DNA of 64,000 nucleotides. Source: Macrostomum lignano (Eukaryota). The DNA is taken from contig NIVC01000050.1 in NCBI GenBank assembly GCA_002269645.1, forward strand, positions 1-64,000, written 5' to 3'. Shown one piece after another: positions 11,331-23,076 of this stretch; position 1 is the first letter of the stretch; each line of letters opens with the position of its first letter. The notes below the pieces were generated by a model. The model made no database searches. It saw only the letters and a program-made list of their open reading frames with translations, and had not been told where the DNA came from. The position numbers were made by a program, and so were the translations under genes.

Positions 11331-12599
11331 GCTTCGTGTCTATTCTTATACTCTTAATTCCAAGGTAAGAGATTGATCTGTAGAAATCTATTCTCACACT
11401 CCCATCTTACCCTAAATTAACAGAGAGGGTCTGACACTGCCTCACATCTAATCTCACCCTGATCTCGATGACAATAAGTAGATTATTGAGCTTCTAGTCT
11501 AGAGCTAATTCTAGCATTTTTTCTGCTTCAACAGACGTAAAACAAAAGACTAAAAGTTCTTTTAATAAATACTGAGCAGAAAATCAAAAATTCAATATTT
11601 TATATTCGATATTTTTAACAATAGCTATAATAATGAGCACCAAATTTTAATTCAAGTAATAGAAAAAAAACGTTTCAATGTAAAACAACAATACTGTAAA
11701 TAAAATAGAGAGCTTTAGACTAAAACACATAGCATTGACATTGACATGGCTAAGGCGGCCATTTTGTGAGCTCTAAGATGGATCTTCACAAGGCCGAAAA
11801 TTAACAATCTGGAAAAGTTTCTTTGCCACTTTCCCCTCTATAACTATTTTTAAAAGGTTTAAAATATAGCGATTTTAGTCAAACAAACAAGTTTGTCAGC
11901 TTTTAAACTAAACTGCGTTTGGCCAGCGCTTTTCAACAGTTTCAGTCTCGATGTCCTGTTGCATCTCCATCTCTGTTGCTAAGCCGTGGATCTCCCGACG
12001 ACCTTCAAAAGAACTCTAGAAAAAGAGTCAGTGAGACTGCAGTCAACGCTAACAGAGAAGTTAAGAGAGAAACAGAAAGTCAGATAAACAGAGCCAGTTC
12101 CTCCCTTGCCTCCCTGTGCTTTTAAAACTTTTTTCTGCTTTCAGCTACTTTCCTCTTGCAGAAGAAGAAAAACACAGCATCTCTGCACTTGCGTGGGAGT
12201 AAGCGCTCTCTAAGGATAGAAGGCTGTGAGGAGTTGGGAAAATTGGCGCGATTCCCACGGCACTTCCTCTTAAGCAATGCTCCACTGCCGTCGAGGTAAA
12301 GCAAGTTTTTCTCCCTATAATTACTGCTGCGATGCGCGCTCTTTTGTGTGTACTTTTATGGGATTATTATGATTTCAAATCGCATTTTTGTTTGAGACGT
12401 GAAAAATTCACAAGTCTAATTGTGAGTAACTAATGAATTAATAATTTGCGAAAATGTTTCCTTTTTAATTTTCTAAAAAGTGTATAAACTGAACGTGTTG
12501 GAGGATTTTTTTACAAAATCTAGAACCTTGGTGAAAGAATTTTGAGTCGTAGTAAGCGAATTTTCTAGATGCTTTTACTGAGCATCGTTTGGACGTGTA

Positions 12600-12980
12600 C
12601 TTTTTTCTGAAAATCTGTACTTATAAAAAGATTTGTACTTTTGAGAGGATCTGTACTTCTGAGAGAATCTACACTTCTGAGAGGATCTACACTTCTGAGA
12701 GGATCTGTACTTCTGAGAGGATCTGTACTTCTGAGAGGATCTGTACTTTTGAAAGGATCTGTACTTCTGAGAGGATCTGTACTTTTGAGAGGATCTGTAC
12801 TTCTGAGAGGATCTGTACTTCTGAGAGGATCTGTACTTTTGAGAGGATCTGTACTTCTGAGAGGATCTGTACTTCTGAGAGGATCTGTACTTTTGAGAGG
12901 ATCTGTACTTCTGAGAGTATTTGCACTTCTGAGAGGATCTGTACTTCTGAGAGGATCTGTACTTTTGAGAGGATCTGAAA
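12600..12980. repeat. 18-bp minisatellite (GAGGATCTGTACTTCTGA), ~20 copies
   Basis: Direct inspection. Confidence 0.95.
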
Positions 12981-15900
12981 TTTTAGAGATTTTTACACCT
13001 AAAACAAAATTAAACATTGAACATTGAACATAGAGTCAAAGACTGCCGATATTTAAGAGCAGAGCTCGTGCGTCAATATTTCAAAAAAGCACCAGTGTCA
13101 GCATTGACCATTCCTCCGTTAGTTGGGGGGGGGGAGGGCGTTTCAAAACCTCAAAAATTATTCTATGCTAGATAGATCAAAAATTAAGCAAACCCGACAG
13201 TAAAATCGGCAGATTCTGATGCTTTATACTGAGAGATCTGGCTCAGAGCTATGGCTATCAGATATATAGAATATATAGAGAAGAGTCTGTGTAAGAAGTG
13301 AGCGACGACGATCGCAGAGGATGAAGGGTGGGCATCGATCTTTATAGGGCGCGCACATGCAAGACTAGATGGAGCACCATCGATCAGGGAAGCGGCCTGG
13401 GGGGAGGCAGGGAGGGTTCAGACTGCTGAGCCTTAAATCTTCAAACAAAATATCGCAGCAGCGATTCTTCGGCTGAATTCTGAGCCATAAAATCCACCGA
13501 ATCCTTAAAGTTTCCAACCCCTTTCGTCTCCAAATCGTCAGTCAAGCTTGAAAAAAATTGCCGGTCACAGAAATGTTTGACGTCAGATCCCTTCCAAGCT
13601 AAATCTTATTGTCCCGGTCAGTCTAAAACATAAACAAACCCGAAATCTGTACTTTTTAAGGTATTTTCGTGGGGAGTCTTTAAAGGAACTCCAAGCATTT
13701 GTTTAGCATAAGAATACTTTTCTAACTGTTTCTGTAACTGGATTACACAATCAGATGCCCTATGACTTTTATTCTAAATTCTGCCAGCCATATTTCGTGC
13801 TGTGATGAATGAAATAAGTATTGAGAAATGAATTCAAAAATGTTATATTCACAATATCATGTAAAATCTATTCAAAATGAAAACTGTAAGTATAACTTCT
13901 TAGTTACATCCTTTAGGACCTTAGCAAAGTTGTGCTGGCAAATTTTCATACAAAGGACTAAAAAATTATTTAATCCATTAAACAATAGGCAAAATATAAA
14001 ATATAGGTTAGGGTATGTAATTTAGGTCATTTGTAAATATGTAAATGCAAAGATGTGAATGATAAATGTAAAAAACTAAAAAACAGTGTGGATATTCTTC
14101 TCAATTAGAACTGAGATTACATGTTTCTACTTAAAAAAAACTGAAATGAAATATTTTATAGCAAAGCATAAAAAGCTATAACATTTTTATAATATTTGTG
14201 ATGATTTTTTGGTTTATACTAATACTCCCTCCAGATTAAAAAGGTTAACCAATACCAATAACATAATAAACCAAGATCACCATTATCTAAACTGGATAGC
14301 TGGACAAATTTCACAAAATTGGGTGCGATAAGATTTTCATGGCTTGATTGAAGTGATGGAATAATTTTGTAAAGCAAAAAAAAAATTCCGACAACCTAAA
14401 TTCAACTGTTCTAGCCATATAGATATAGTGATTAATAAATTAACCAGTTTAAAAATATGTTTACATGAAAAAAACTATGATACATTAAAACGTCCGTTTT
14501 CTCCAAAAAAATCTTTCTTTTCTGGAATTCCAGAAAAAAAGAAATCGTTATTTCTGGCAACAGTGCGAGCATTCATACTTTCAATTAAATGAGTGAAATA
14601 ATATGAGACTTCAAAAAATAGTTCAAAAGTTAGGATTAGAAATGTAAAGCTTTGATTTTTTACTGTCCTGTTGCGGTACACAAATTATCTCATTATATAT
14701 ATATAGGCCTACCTTGTAAAATTATTTAAAGTTAGTATGTTAACCTGTTCAAAACTATGAAGAGATATTCACTTTGATTTTGGTTTCGTTCAGGTAAAAG
14801 GCTCTGGCTTTACTTCAATAATACTGTCAATGAGCAGTTGTTGGTAGAAGCAATTTAAATAATGCATTTCGCGATATTTTTATAAAAATTAAAAATTGGT
14901 TTGTGGAATGACTCGGTAAGTTTTAATGCATTTTCTTTTTTACAAAAACTTATTTTAAAAAATAACTGATAGCGTTTTAATTAAAGAGCGCAAATATATA
15001 ATAAAAGATGTAATAACTTTGGTATAATGAGCGTGACAAATGCAATTTTTAATTTTAGTTCAGGTGCTGTTTTGAAAAATTCATTCGTGAATGCAAATTT
15101 ATTTAGTCTTGGCGTTGGGGCTCTCTGTCTCTGACAACCAATCTTCAACTCAACTTTGATTGCTAGGCGTAATTTATGTAAATTATTTACTGCATTCACC
15201 GCTGCGTACCATTCCATTTTAGTAAATGGAAGCAGTAATTACGGTTAGGGCCTATGGTAATATAAAGTGGCATATATTATTCAACGTTCTTTAAGCCTTT
15301 TAATAAGCATCGTCATAGTTGCAGTTGGGTAGGTAGGCTAGCTGCCGAGTGGGTGCGCGGGGAGGGGCTAGTATTAATTAATAGGTCTACTAGGCCTAGC
15401 CCTAGATGTTTCATTTTTCGTCTTAGTAGGTTTTTAAGTGATAAGTCGTTTTAAGATGATTGCCAGTGAGTTTGGTGCCCATGATTTTTGGTAGGCCCTA
15501 TGTCCTGGTATTTTTTGGTGAATTATAAATAATCAAACTGTTAATATCTCCAATGCTAAGGGTTAGGCCAAGGCCAATTTCTAGGATTTTTAAAGGATGC
15601 TACACAATTTGATACACACATTAGACCCTAAATCAATTAGGCCTAGTCTACACTGCTACACCTTCCAACTAAGTTGATACAATTTTTAATCAAATGAAAG
15701 TCTTTTTAAAATTGAAAACATATTATTAGCCTATCTTTATAAAGTAAATTATATTTTAATTGTATTAAAAAAGTTTAGTTTATAGTCATGAGTCAATAGG
15801 AGGGGGCTATGGGTTTTTTGCAAAGAATCTTAATTAGGCCTAGTCCTAGGCCTAAGTCTTTAAAATTATATAGGATACCAAAAAGCAAAATAGAGTCGTA

Positions 15901-17129
15901 GGGTTAGGCACATTAGATCTTTTTGTCAAGAGAAAGGCATTGTCTTCCTAATATTCTAATTATATTAATATGATATAGGTTTGTCTTAGGCCCCTATTAA
16001 TTTTTGCACCTTCTCTCTATTATTTCTATAGGGAAAACTTATGCAATGCTTATTGCCTGCCCTACTCACTTGTACACTAACCCCCATCTCTTCCATTGTT
16101 CAAAATCAGTCATGGGTATGATAGCTTTATAAGCCCTTATTTTCCAAAGTTTTTCCTTGCTTATTTATTATAGGCTTATAATCTTCTATCATTAATAATT
16201 ATTTTTTGTTATACCCCACCATCCCAATTTCTTTTCCAATCACAGTGTAGCTAGCAAATGATGTCATTAGGTTTGCTTAATAAATAGAAGTTTGAGGCCT
16301 TCAATATCACTTATTACATTTAAATGATCATGTGATATATGATTGTAGGGCTATAAATAGGAGCCTGCTTTAAACCCTGAAAGAAAACTTAAAGGAAAGA
16401 AAAGATTTACCTTATCCTTTACCTTTTACTTTTGCTTTGCTATTCTCTGGGGTTTGGTCACTTGTGTTGTTTTGTTTTCTTGCAAGATTGAATCTGTTTT
16501 TTTTAATTAAAAAACTTAGTATCCAAATAAGATTAAAATTTTATAACATTGAAAACTCATAGTAGCCACTTTCACAAGGTCAAAATTTTTACTTCTTGAA
16601 TTTCTATTTGAAGAAGGGAAAGAAATAAAGTAAGGTGTTTTACATGTCATTAAATTTTGAGTTTATAGAACCACTACCTTCTCTTAGACCTATTCTTACT
16701 CCTGACCTCTAAATACTTTGATTGGTCCTAGATCCTTAGGATCTCCTTAATAAGCACCCACTAACTGTCTTTTTTTTCTTGGCCCTAAATCAATTATCAA
16801 ATTAGGAACCTAATTTCTTGTTTCATTTAGAAAAAATAGCAGGGTGATATTTTTGTTCCAACTTAGCTACATAATAGTTTATACAATAGGAGTTAGGAGT
16901 AATCCATTCTACCATTCTATTCTAATACTATTATATGTATATTATATTTATAATTAATAATTTTGGAATCTTAAATACTAGATTACATCTTTATGCCTGA
17001 CTTGCAAATGTTATTCTTTTATAGATAATATTTGGTTAATTTATTTATTATGTTTAGACTAAACATTACTAGCTAAGCTATTTTCCTAAAATTCTTATTG
17101 TTAGGTTATCCTCCTAGATCTTTGATTGC

Positions 17130-17300
17130 ATACATGCGCAACCTTGGGAATCACTCAGCCATTTCTATTGGCAACATACACATGTAAGTCGCTATTGGAC
17201 AGAATAGTAGTCACGTGACTGCTCTCAGCCAATAGCGACTTACATGTGTGTTTTGCCAATAGAAACGGCTGGGTGAATCCCTAGGTTGCGCCCAAGCATG
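17130..17300. mobile_element. ~170-bp fold-back / MITE-like element flanked by a 9-bp direct repeat (TTTGATTGC)
   Basis: Arms of ~63 bp starting at 17136 and ending at 17291 are near-perfect inverted repeats around a central AGTCACGTGACT palindrome. TTTGATTGC occurs at 17121-17129 and 17301-17309. A 9-bp TSD is typical of Mutator-type elements. Confidence 0.8.
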
Positions 17301-17324
17301 TTTGATTGCTTTTTCATTACTTAC

Positions 17325-17530
17325 TGGGCCACCCTCCCAGATCCTCAGTTGCTAGGCCACCCTCCCAGATCCCCAGTTGCTGGGCCAGTCTCCCAGATCC
17401 CCAGTTGCTGGGCCAGTCTCCCAGATCCCTAGTTGCTGGGCCAGTCTCCCAGATCCCCAGTTGCTGGGCCAGTCTCCCAGATCCCTAGTTGCTGGGCCAG
17501 CCTCCCAGATCCTCAATTGCTGGGCCAGTG
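17325..17530. repeat. 28-bp satellite (CCAGCCTCCCAGATCCTCAGTTGCTGGG), array 1
   Basis: Direct inspection; same family as 19930-20640 and 25360-25650. Confidence 0.95.
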
Positions 17531-17609
17531 GCAACCTCCTATATCGTTACAGCCATAAGTTTAGCCAACCTTCTGATCAAAAACTGCATGCACCATTAGT
17601 TGCGCAGCC

Positions 17610-19355
17610 ATGCTAGCCGACTGGACCCAACAAGAAGTGCTCACTGGCACAACCATCATGGCTGTTGAATACAACGGCGGCGTTGTGATTGGCGCCGACT
17701 CGCGCACCTCATCCGGAACCTACGTGACCAATCGAACGCAGGACAAGCTGACGCCCCTGACCGAGTACATCTATTGCTGCCGCTCCGGTTCGGCCGCCGA
17801 CACCCAGGCCATAGCTGATCACGTTCGCTATTATTTGGATTTTAGCCGAATCTCGCAGGGCCGCGAGCCGACAGTTCGATATGCGGCGCACGTTATGCAG
17901 AGCATCCTGTATAACAATAGGGATAATCTATCCGCCGCTGTCATCGTTGCCGGTTGGGACGAAGTTAATGGTAAAAGTTTCAGCCTTTAATTTCAAACAG
18001 TCTTTTTGAAATCTATGATATGTGATATTGGCGCTCTCTGATTTTTAATCTTTTAATCGGCCTTCTTTTAGTCTTTTTGGTCTGTTCAGGTCTTTGTCGC
18101 TACCTAGTCTTGTTCTGGTCTTTGTCGCTACCTAGTCTTGTTCTGGTCTTTGTCCCTACCTAGTCTTGTTCTGGTCTTTGTCGCTACCTAGTCTTGTTCA
18201 GGTCTTTGTCCCTACCTAGTCTTGTTCTGGTCTTTGTCCCTACCTAGTCTTGTTCTGGTCTTTGTCCCTACCTAGTCTTGTTCTGGTCTTTGTCGCTACC
18301 TAGTCTTGTTCAGGTCTTTGTCCCTACCTAGTGTTGTTCTGGTCTTTGTCGCTACCTAGTGTTGTTCTGGTCTTTGTCGCTACCTAGTCTTGTTCAGGTC
18401 TTTGTCCCTACTTAGTCTTGTTCTGGTCTTTGTCCTTACCTAGACTTGTTCTGGTCTTTATCCTTACCTAGACTTGTTCTTGTCTTTGTCCCTACCTAGT
18501 CTTCAGGTCTTTGTCCCTACCTAGTCTTCAGGTCTTTGTCGCTACCTAGTGTTGTTAAGGTCTTTGTCGCTACCTAGTGTTGTTAAGGTCTTTGTCGCTA
18601 CCTAGTCTTGTTTAGGTCTTTGTCGCTACCTAGTGTTGTTAAGGTCTTTGTCGCTACCTAGTCTTGTTCAGGTCTTTGTCCCTACCTAGTCTTGTTCTGG
18701 TCTTTGTCCTTACCTAGACTTTTTCTGGTCTTTGTCGCTACCTAGTCTTCTAGTCTTTGTCGCTACCTAGTCTTGTTCTTGTCTTTGTCCCTACCTAGTC
18801 TTCAGGTCTTTTTCGCTACCTAGTCTTGTTCTGGTCTTTGTCGCTACCTAGACTTGTTCTGGTCTCTGTCCCTACCTAATCTTTTAGTCTTTGTCTCCAG
18901 AACTTGTTATTGTCCCCAAACCAGTCTTTTTCAGGTGTCTTTATTCTCTAGTTGTCTTCCATTTTCTTTCTCTAGTCTTAGTTTTCCCCTATTTTATTGT
19001 AGACCCAGTATTCGGTTATCTTTGACTGTATTCGCCTGCATATAAATCTGCCAATTGCTTATGCGTGTCCGCAGGCGGCCAGGTGTACTGCATCCCCCTT
19101 GGCGGCCTGCTAGTCCGTCAGCCAATGGCAGCCGGCGGCTCCGGCAGCACCTACATCTGGGGCCACCTGGACGCTCAGTTCAAGCCCGGCATGACCGACA
19201 CCGAATGCCAGGAGTTCGTTGCCAAATCTGTCAGCCTGGCTATCAAACGCGACGGTTCCAGCGGCGGCGTCTGTCGTTTAGCCGTAATTAATCGAGGCGG
19301 CGTACAACGGCGCATTATCATGCACGAAGATTTGCCAAAGTCGTACGATGGCTAA
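17610..19355 (+). CDS. PSMB6: 20S proteasome subunit beta-1 (caspase-like catalytic subunit), 213 aa; exons 17610-17970 and 19075-19355
   Basis: TG/TTIMAVEYNGGVVIGADSRTSSG Ntn-hydrolase N-terminus, then CRSGSAADTQ, GGSGSTYIWG and RDGSSGGV. The phase-1 GT-AG intron joins in frame. Confidence 0.93.
18085..18890. repeat. 28-bp minisatellite (GGTCTTTGTCGCTACCTAGTCTTGTTCT) filling the PSMB6 intron
   Basis: Direct inspection. Confidence 0.95.
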
Positions 19356-19929
19356 ACTAATTATAACACTATTGATTGTCTGGCAGTTTTTTTACTTGCT
19401 AAATCTTTTCGGTTAATAAATAGAAAACAATTAATACGCTAGTTTGACTACTGATACTAGTAGAAAAGCAGACATTTTAAGCAAAGTTTCAAATGACTTC
19501 GGTAATAATATGGGATACTGTTATTTAACCGGGTTGGTCTCTGTACTTCTAATTCATATGTACTAAGAATTTGGTAATCCAGCCTTCTCTGACCAGTCGT
19601 GTCACGAATACAAGTAGTTTTATATAAATAAGCCTGTTCAATTATATGTACCTTATGCAACTTTCTATTAATGTGCTGGCAATGCGGCAATATGGCATTG
19701 CCATTGTGCGATTGTTCGCGCCTAAATATATTACTGCAAAACTGCAGACCAGTGCGTCGCTGCTGCGCTACTCTGCTTTCAACTGCTCTCCCAGTTAGCA
19801 AAATACTTTAGTAATTAAAAACCTTTTGTTGAGTCGATTTTTTTCTGCTTAGGCCTAAAACAACATGCACCGGCATTGTCCGCCAGTTACTCCTGCTCTT
19901 GCGTGTAGGTACTTGTGGACCGAGACCCT

Positions 19930-20640
19930 CAGCTGCTTGGCCAGCCTCCCAGTTCCCCAGTTGCTGAGCCAGCCTCCCAGATCCCCAGTTGCTGGGCCAG
20001 CCTCCCAGATCCTCTGTTGCTGGGCCAGCCTCCCAGATCCTCATTTGCTAGGCCAGCCTCCCAGATCCTCATTTGCTGGGCCAGCCTCCCAGATCCCCAG
20101 TTGCTGAGCCAGCCTCCCAGATCCTCAGTTGCTGGGCCAGCCTCCCAGATCCTCAGTTGCTGAGCCAGCCTCCCAGATCCTCAGTTGCTAGGCCAGCCTC
20201 CCAGATCCTCAGTTGCTGGGCCAGCCTCCCAGATCCTCAGTTGCTAGGCCAGCCTCCCAGATCCTCATTTGCTAGGCCAGCCTCCCAGATCCTCAGTTGC
20301 TGGGCCAGCCTCCCAGATCCTCTGTTGCTGGGCCAGCCTCCAAGATCCCCAGTTGCTGAGCCAGCCTCCCAGATCCTCAGTTGCTAGGCCAGCCTCCCAG
20401 ATCCTCAGTTGCTGGGCCAGCCTCCCAGATCCTCAGTTGCTAGGCCAGCCTCCCAGATCCTCATTTGCTAGGCCAGCCTCCCAGATCCTCAGTTGCTGGG
20501 CCAGCCTCCCAGATCCTCTGTTGCTGGGCCAGCCTCCAAGATCCCCAGTTGCTGAGCCAGCCTCCCAGATCCTCAGTTGCTAGGCCAGCCTCCCAGATCC
20601 TCAGTTGCTGGGCCAGGCTCCCAGATCCTCAGTTGCTGGG
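19930..20640. repeat. 28-bp satellite, array 2 (~25 copies), abutting the LTR
   Basis: Direct inspection; ends GCTGGG immediately before the TGTGAAAAC of the LTR. Confidence 0.95.
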
Positions 20641-21086
20641 TGTGAAAACTCCACTTCGGGGGTAAGACCCCCCCCAAAGGCAGAGAGCTTGTATTTAATA
20701 TAGCTGGCCAACAATAAAGGTTGTCTGACAAAGCGTAAGCCAATCACACGCGCGCGTGCAGGTGTACACCTGCACTGTACATTACACTGAGCGGAGCAAC
20801 TAACTGAGCAGACCCACGCTACCACATCCCTCCCCATCTACATGGGGATCAGGGATCGCAAGAGAATACATTAGCGCAACACATTATAGTGTGAGGAACA
20901 AAAACTCAATACATAACTTAATAATAAATAATAATTAACCAGTACCAAAACTACGAAAACGCCAGATAGGAAAGCAACGACACAACAGAATAAGGAAAAT
21001 AAACCATAACCATAACAAAGTTCAAAATCCAAATTTAAACGTCCGAACACTACAGTCAATCAAAATAGTCTCTTTCACAGATGACG

Positions 21087-23076
21087 TCACCCGTAGCTCA
21101 GGCGCTCCGGGGGACGTCGAACTCGCGACGATCGGCGCAGAGACCCGTCGATCTCAGGGTCTCCAGGAGCAGCCAGGTTTGGCGGCTCGTCTACGGTCGG
21201 CATCGCAGCTTCCGGCTCAGGTGCGGCCTTGGCGTCGGTAGCACCGTCTGTCACGCCAGCTCCTGTAGGCCGCGGCTGCTCAGGACCACCGCGGACATGG
21301 TCAACGTGCCGCCGCACCACTCGGTCGTCGCCATCGAAGCCGCACAGGTAGGAGGCCGGACCGGCGGCACCGACAACTCGCGCCGGCTTCCACCGACCTC
21401 CGTTGGCTCCAAAGTCTCTGGCCAGTACAGCGTCTCCAGTCTCGAAGGTCCGGAACCGAGCTTTGCAGTCGTGGTGCTCTTTTTGCTGACCTTGCTTACG
21501 CTGTACTCTTGCTCCCAGGTCTGGCCGAGCTCGATCTAGCAACGTGCACAGTCGCCGTCCCATCAGGAGTTCGCAGGGAGCCACACCAGTTGTCGCATGC
21601 GGAGTGACCCGGTAGCTCAGCAGGAACCGGGCGACCTTATCCTCCAAGGAGCCTTCGCGCTGCTTCTCCAGGGACCGCTTCAGCGTCTGGACAGCTCGTT
21701 CCGCCAGGCCGTTGGACGCCGGATGGTAGGGAGCAACGCGCACGTGCTGAATGCCGTTCTTCCGCAGAAAGTCGGACATCTCCTCGCTGACCAAGTTGGG
21801 CCCATTGTCCGACACCAGCACATCTGGCAACCCGTGCGTCGCGAAGCTGGAGCGGAGTTTCTGGATGGTGACAGCTGAGGTCGCTGACGTCACCACATGC
21901 ACATCCAGCCACTTTGAATGGGCATCGACGACGACCAGCAGCATCTTGCCAGACACCGGACCCGCATAGTCGATATGCACTCGAGACCACGGTCGGTCAG
22001 GCCACGGCCACGACAACATTGGCGAAGGCGCCGGGGCGTTCTGCAACTCCTGACAGTCAGAGCAGGCCTTGGCCAGGTTTTCAATCTCCGAGTCTAATCC
22101 TGGCCACCAGAAATAACCTCGGGCTAGCGTCTTCATGCGTGACGCCCCCGCATGACCTTGATGCAGCACCTGGAGCAGTGCAGCTCGCGCTCCGACCGGG
22201 ACCACCACTCGAGCGCCCCACAGGAGGCAGCCGTCTTGCACACTGAGCTCAGCCGCTCTTTTGGAGTATGGCAGCAGATCGTCACTGACCCGCTCTGGCC
22301 AGCCGATTTGCGTGAAGTGCAGAGCTCGGGCTAGTGTGGGGTCCCTTCGAGTCAGGCCGCGTATCTGAGCTGCCGTGACAGGTCCATCGTCCAGGTGGTC
22401 CATCAGCATGACCAGCTCTGCCAGCTTCGGGACCGTCGCCGGCTTGTCGGGCAGCGGCAGGCGACTCAGGGCATCGGCGCACAACAGTGAGGCTCCGGCT
22501 CGGTGAACCATGCGGTAGTTATAGCCAGACAGCAGCAGAGCCCACCTCTGAATTCTTCCAGATGCCAGGGCCGGCACGGCCTTGTTCTCAGCAAGCAATC
22601 CAAGCAGAGGTTTGTGGTCACTCACCAGCAGAAATGGGCGGCCGAACAGGTACGCGTTGAACTTCTTGACCGCAAACACTACCGCGAGGGCTTCCTTCTC
22701 GAGCTGCGTGTAGTTTTTCTCAGCGTCGTGCAACGTACGCGAGGCAAAGGCCACAGGCCGGACAGCTCCATCGATCCTGTGGCTGATGACCGCGCCCAGA
22801 CCGTAGGGGGACGCGTCGCACTCGAGCAGCAGGTCTTCGCTCGGGTCAAAGTGCGCCAAAACCGGAGCCGAAGACAGCAGGGCCTTGCACTTCTCGAAAG
22901 CGGCGTTCTGAGCAGCGCCCCAGTTCCAGCGGTGTTGCTCGCGCAGCAGCAGGTGCAGCGGTGCCAGGACTGGAGACAAATTAGGCAGGAACTTGCCATA
23001 GTAGTTCACCATGCCTAGGAAGCTGCGCAGCTGAGTTGCGTCCTTGGGAGCTGGAGCGCTGACAATTGCCTCGACC
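21087..23076 (-). CDS. Retrotransposon RT C-terminus, RNase H and integrase (3' part of gag-pol, out of frame by a 1-bp deletion at ~23077)
   Basis: VEAIVSAPAPKDATQLRSFLG, CDASPYGLGAV, the HHCC zinc finger (H-QGH...CSDC) and the DDE core (IDYAGP, VSDNG, SNGLAER). Confidence 0.93.

Noticed and set aside
13800-14320. Second CpG-free stretch
   Set aside because: It is short and very AT-rich, so the absence of CpG is only weakly unexpected.
19860-19915. Possible short ATG-bearing exon with a TAG/GTACTT donor before satellite array 2
   Set aside because: No phase-compatible downstream acceptor is needed by the membrane-protein gene, which has its own ATG and signal peptide; unsupported.
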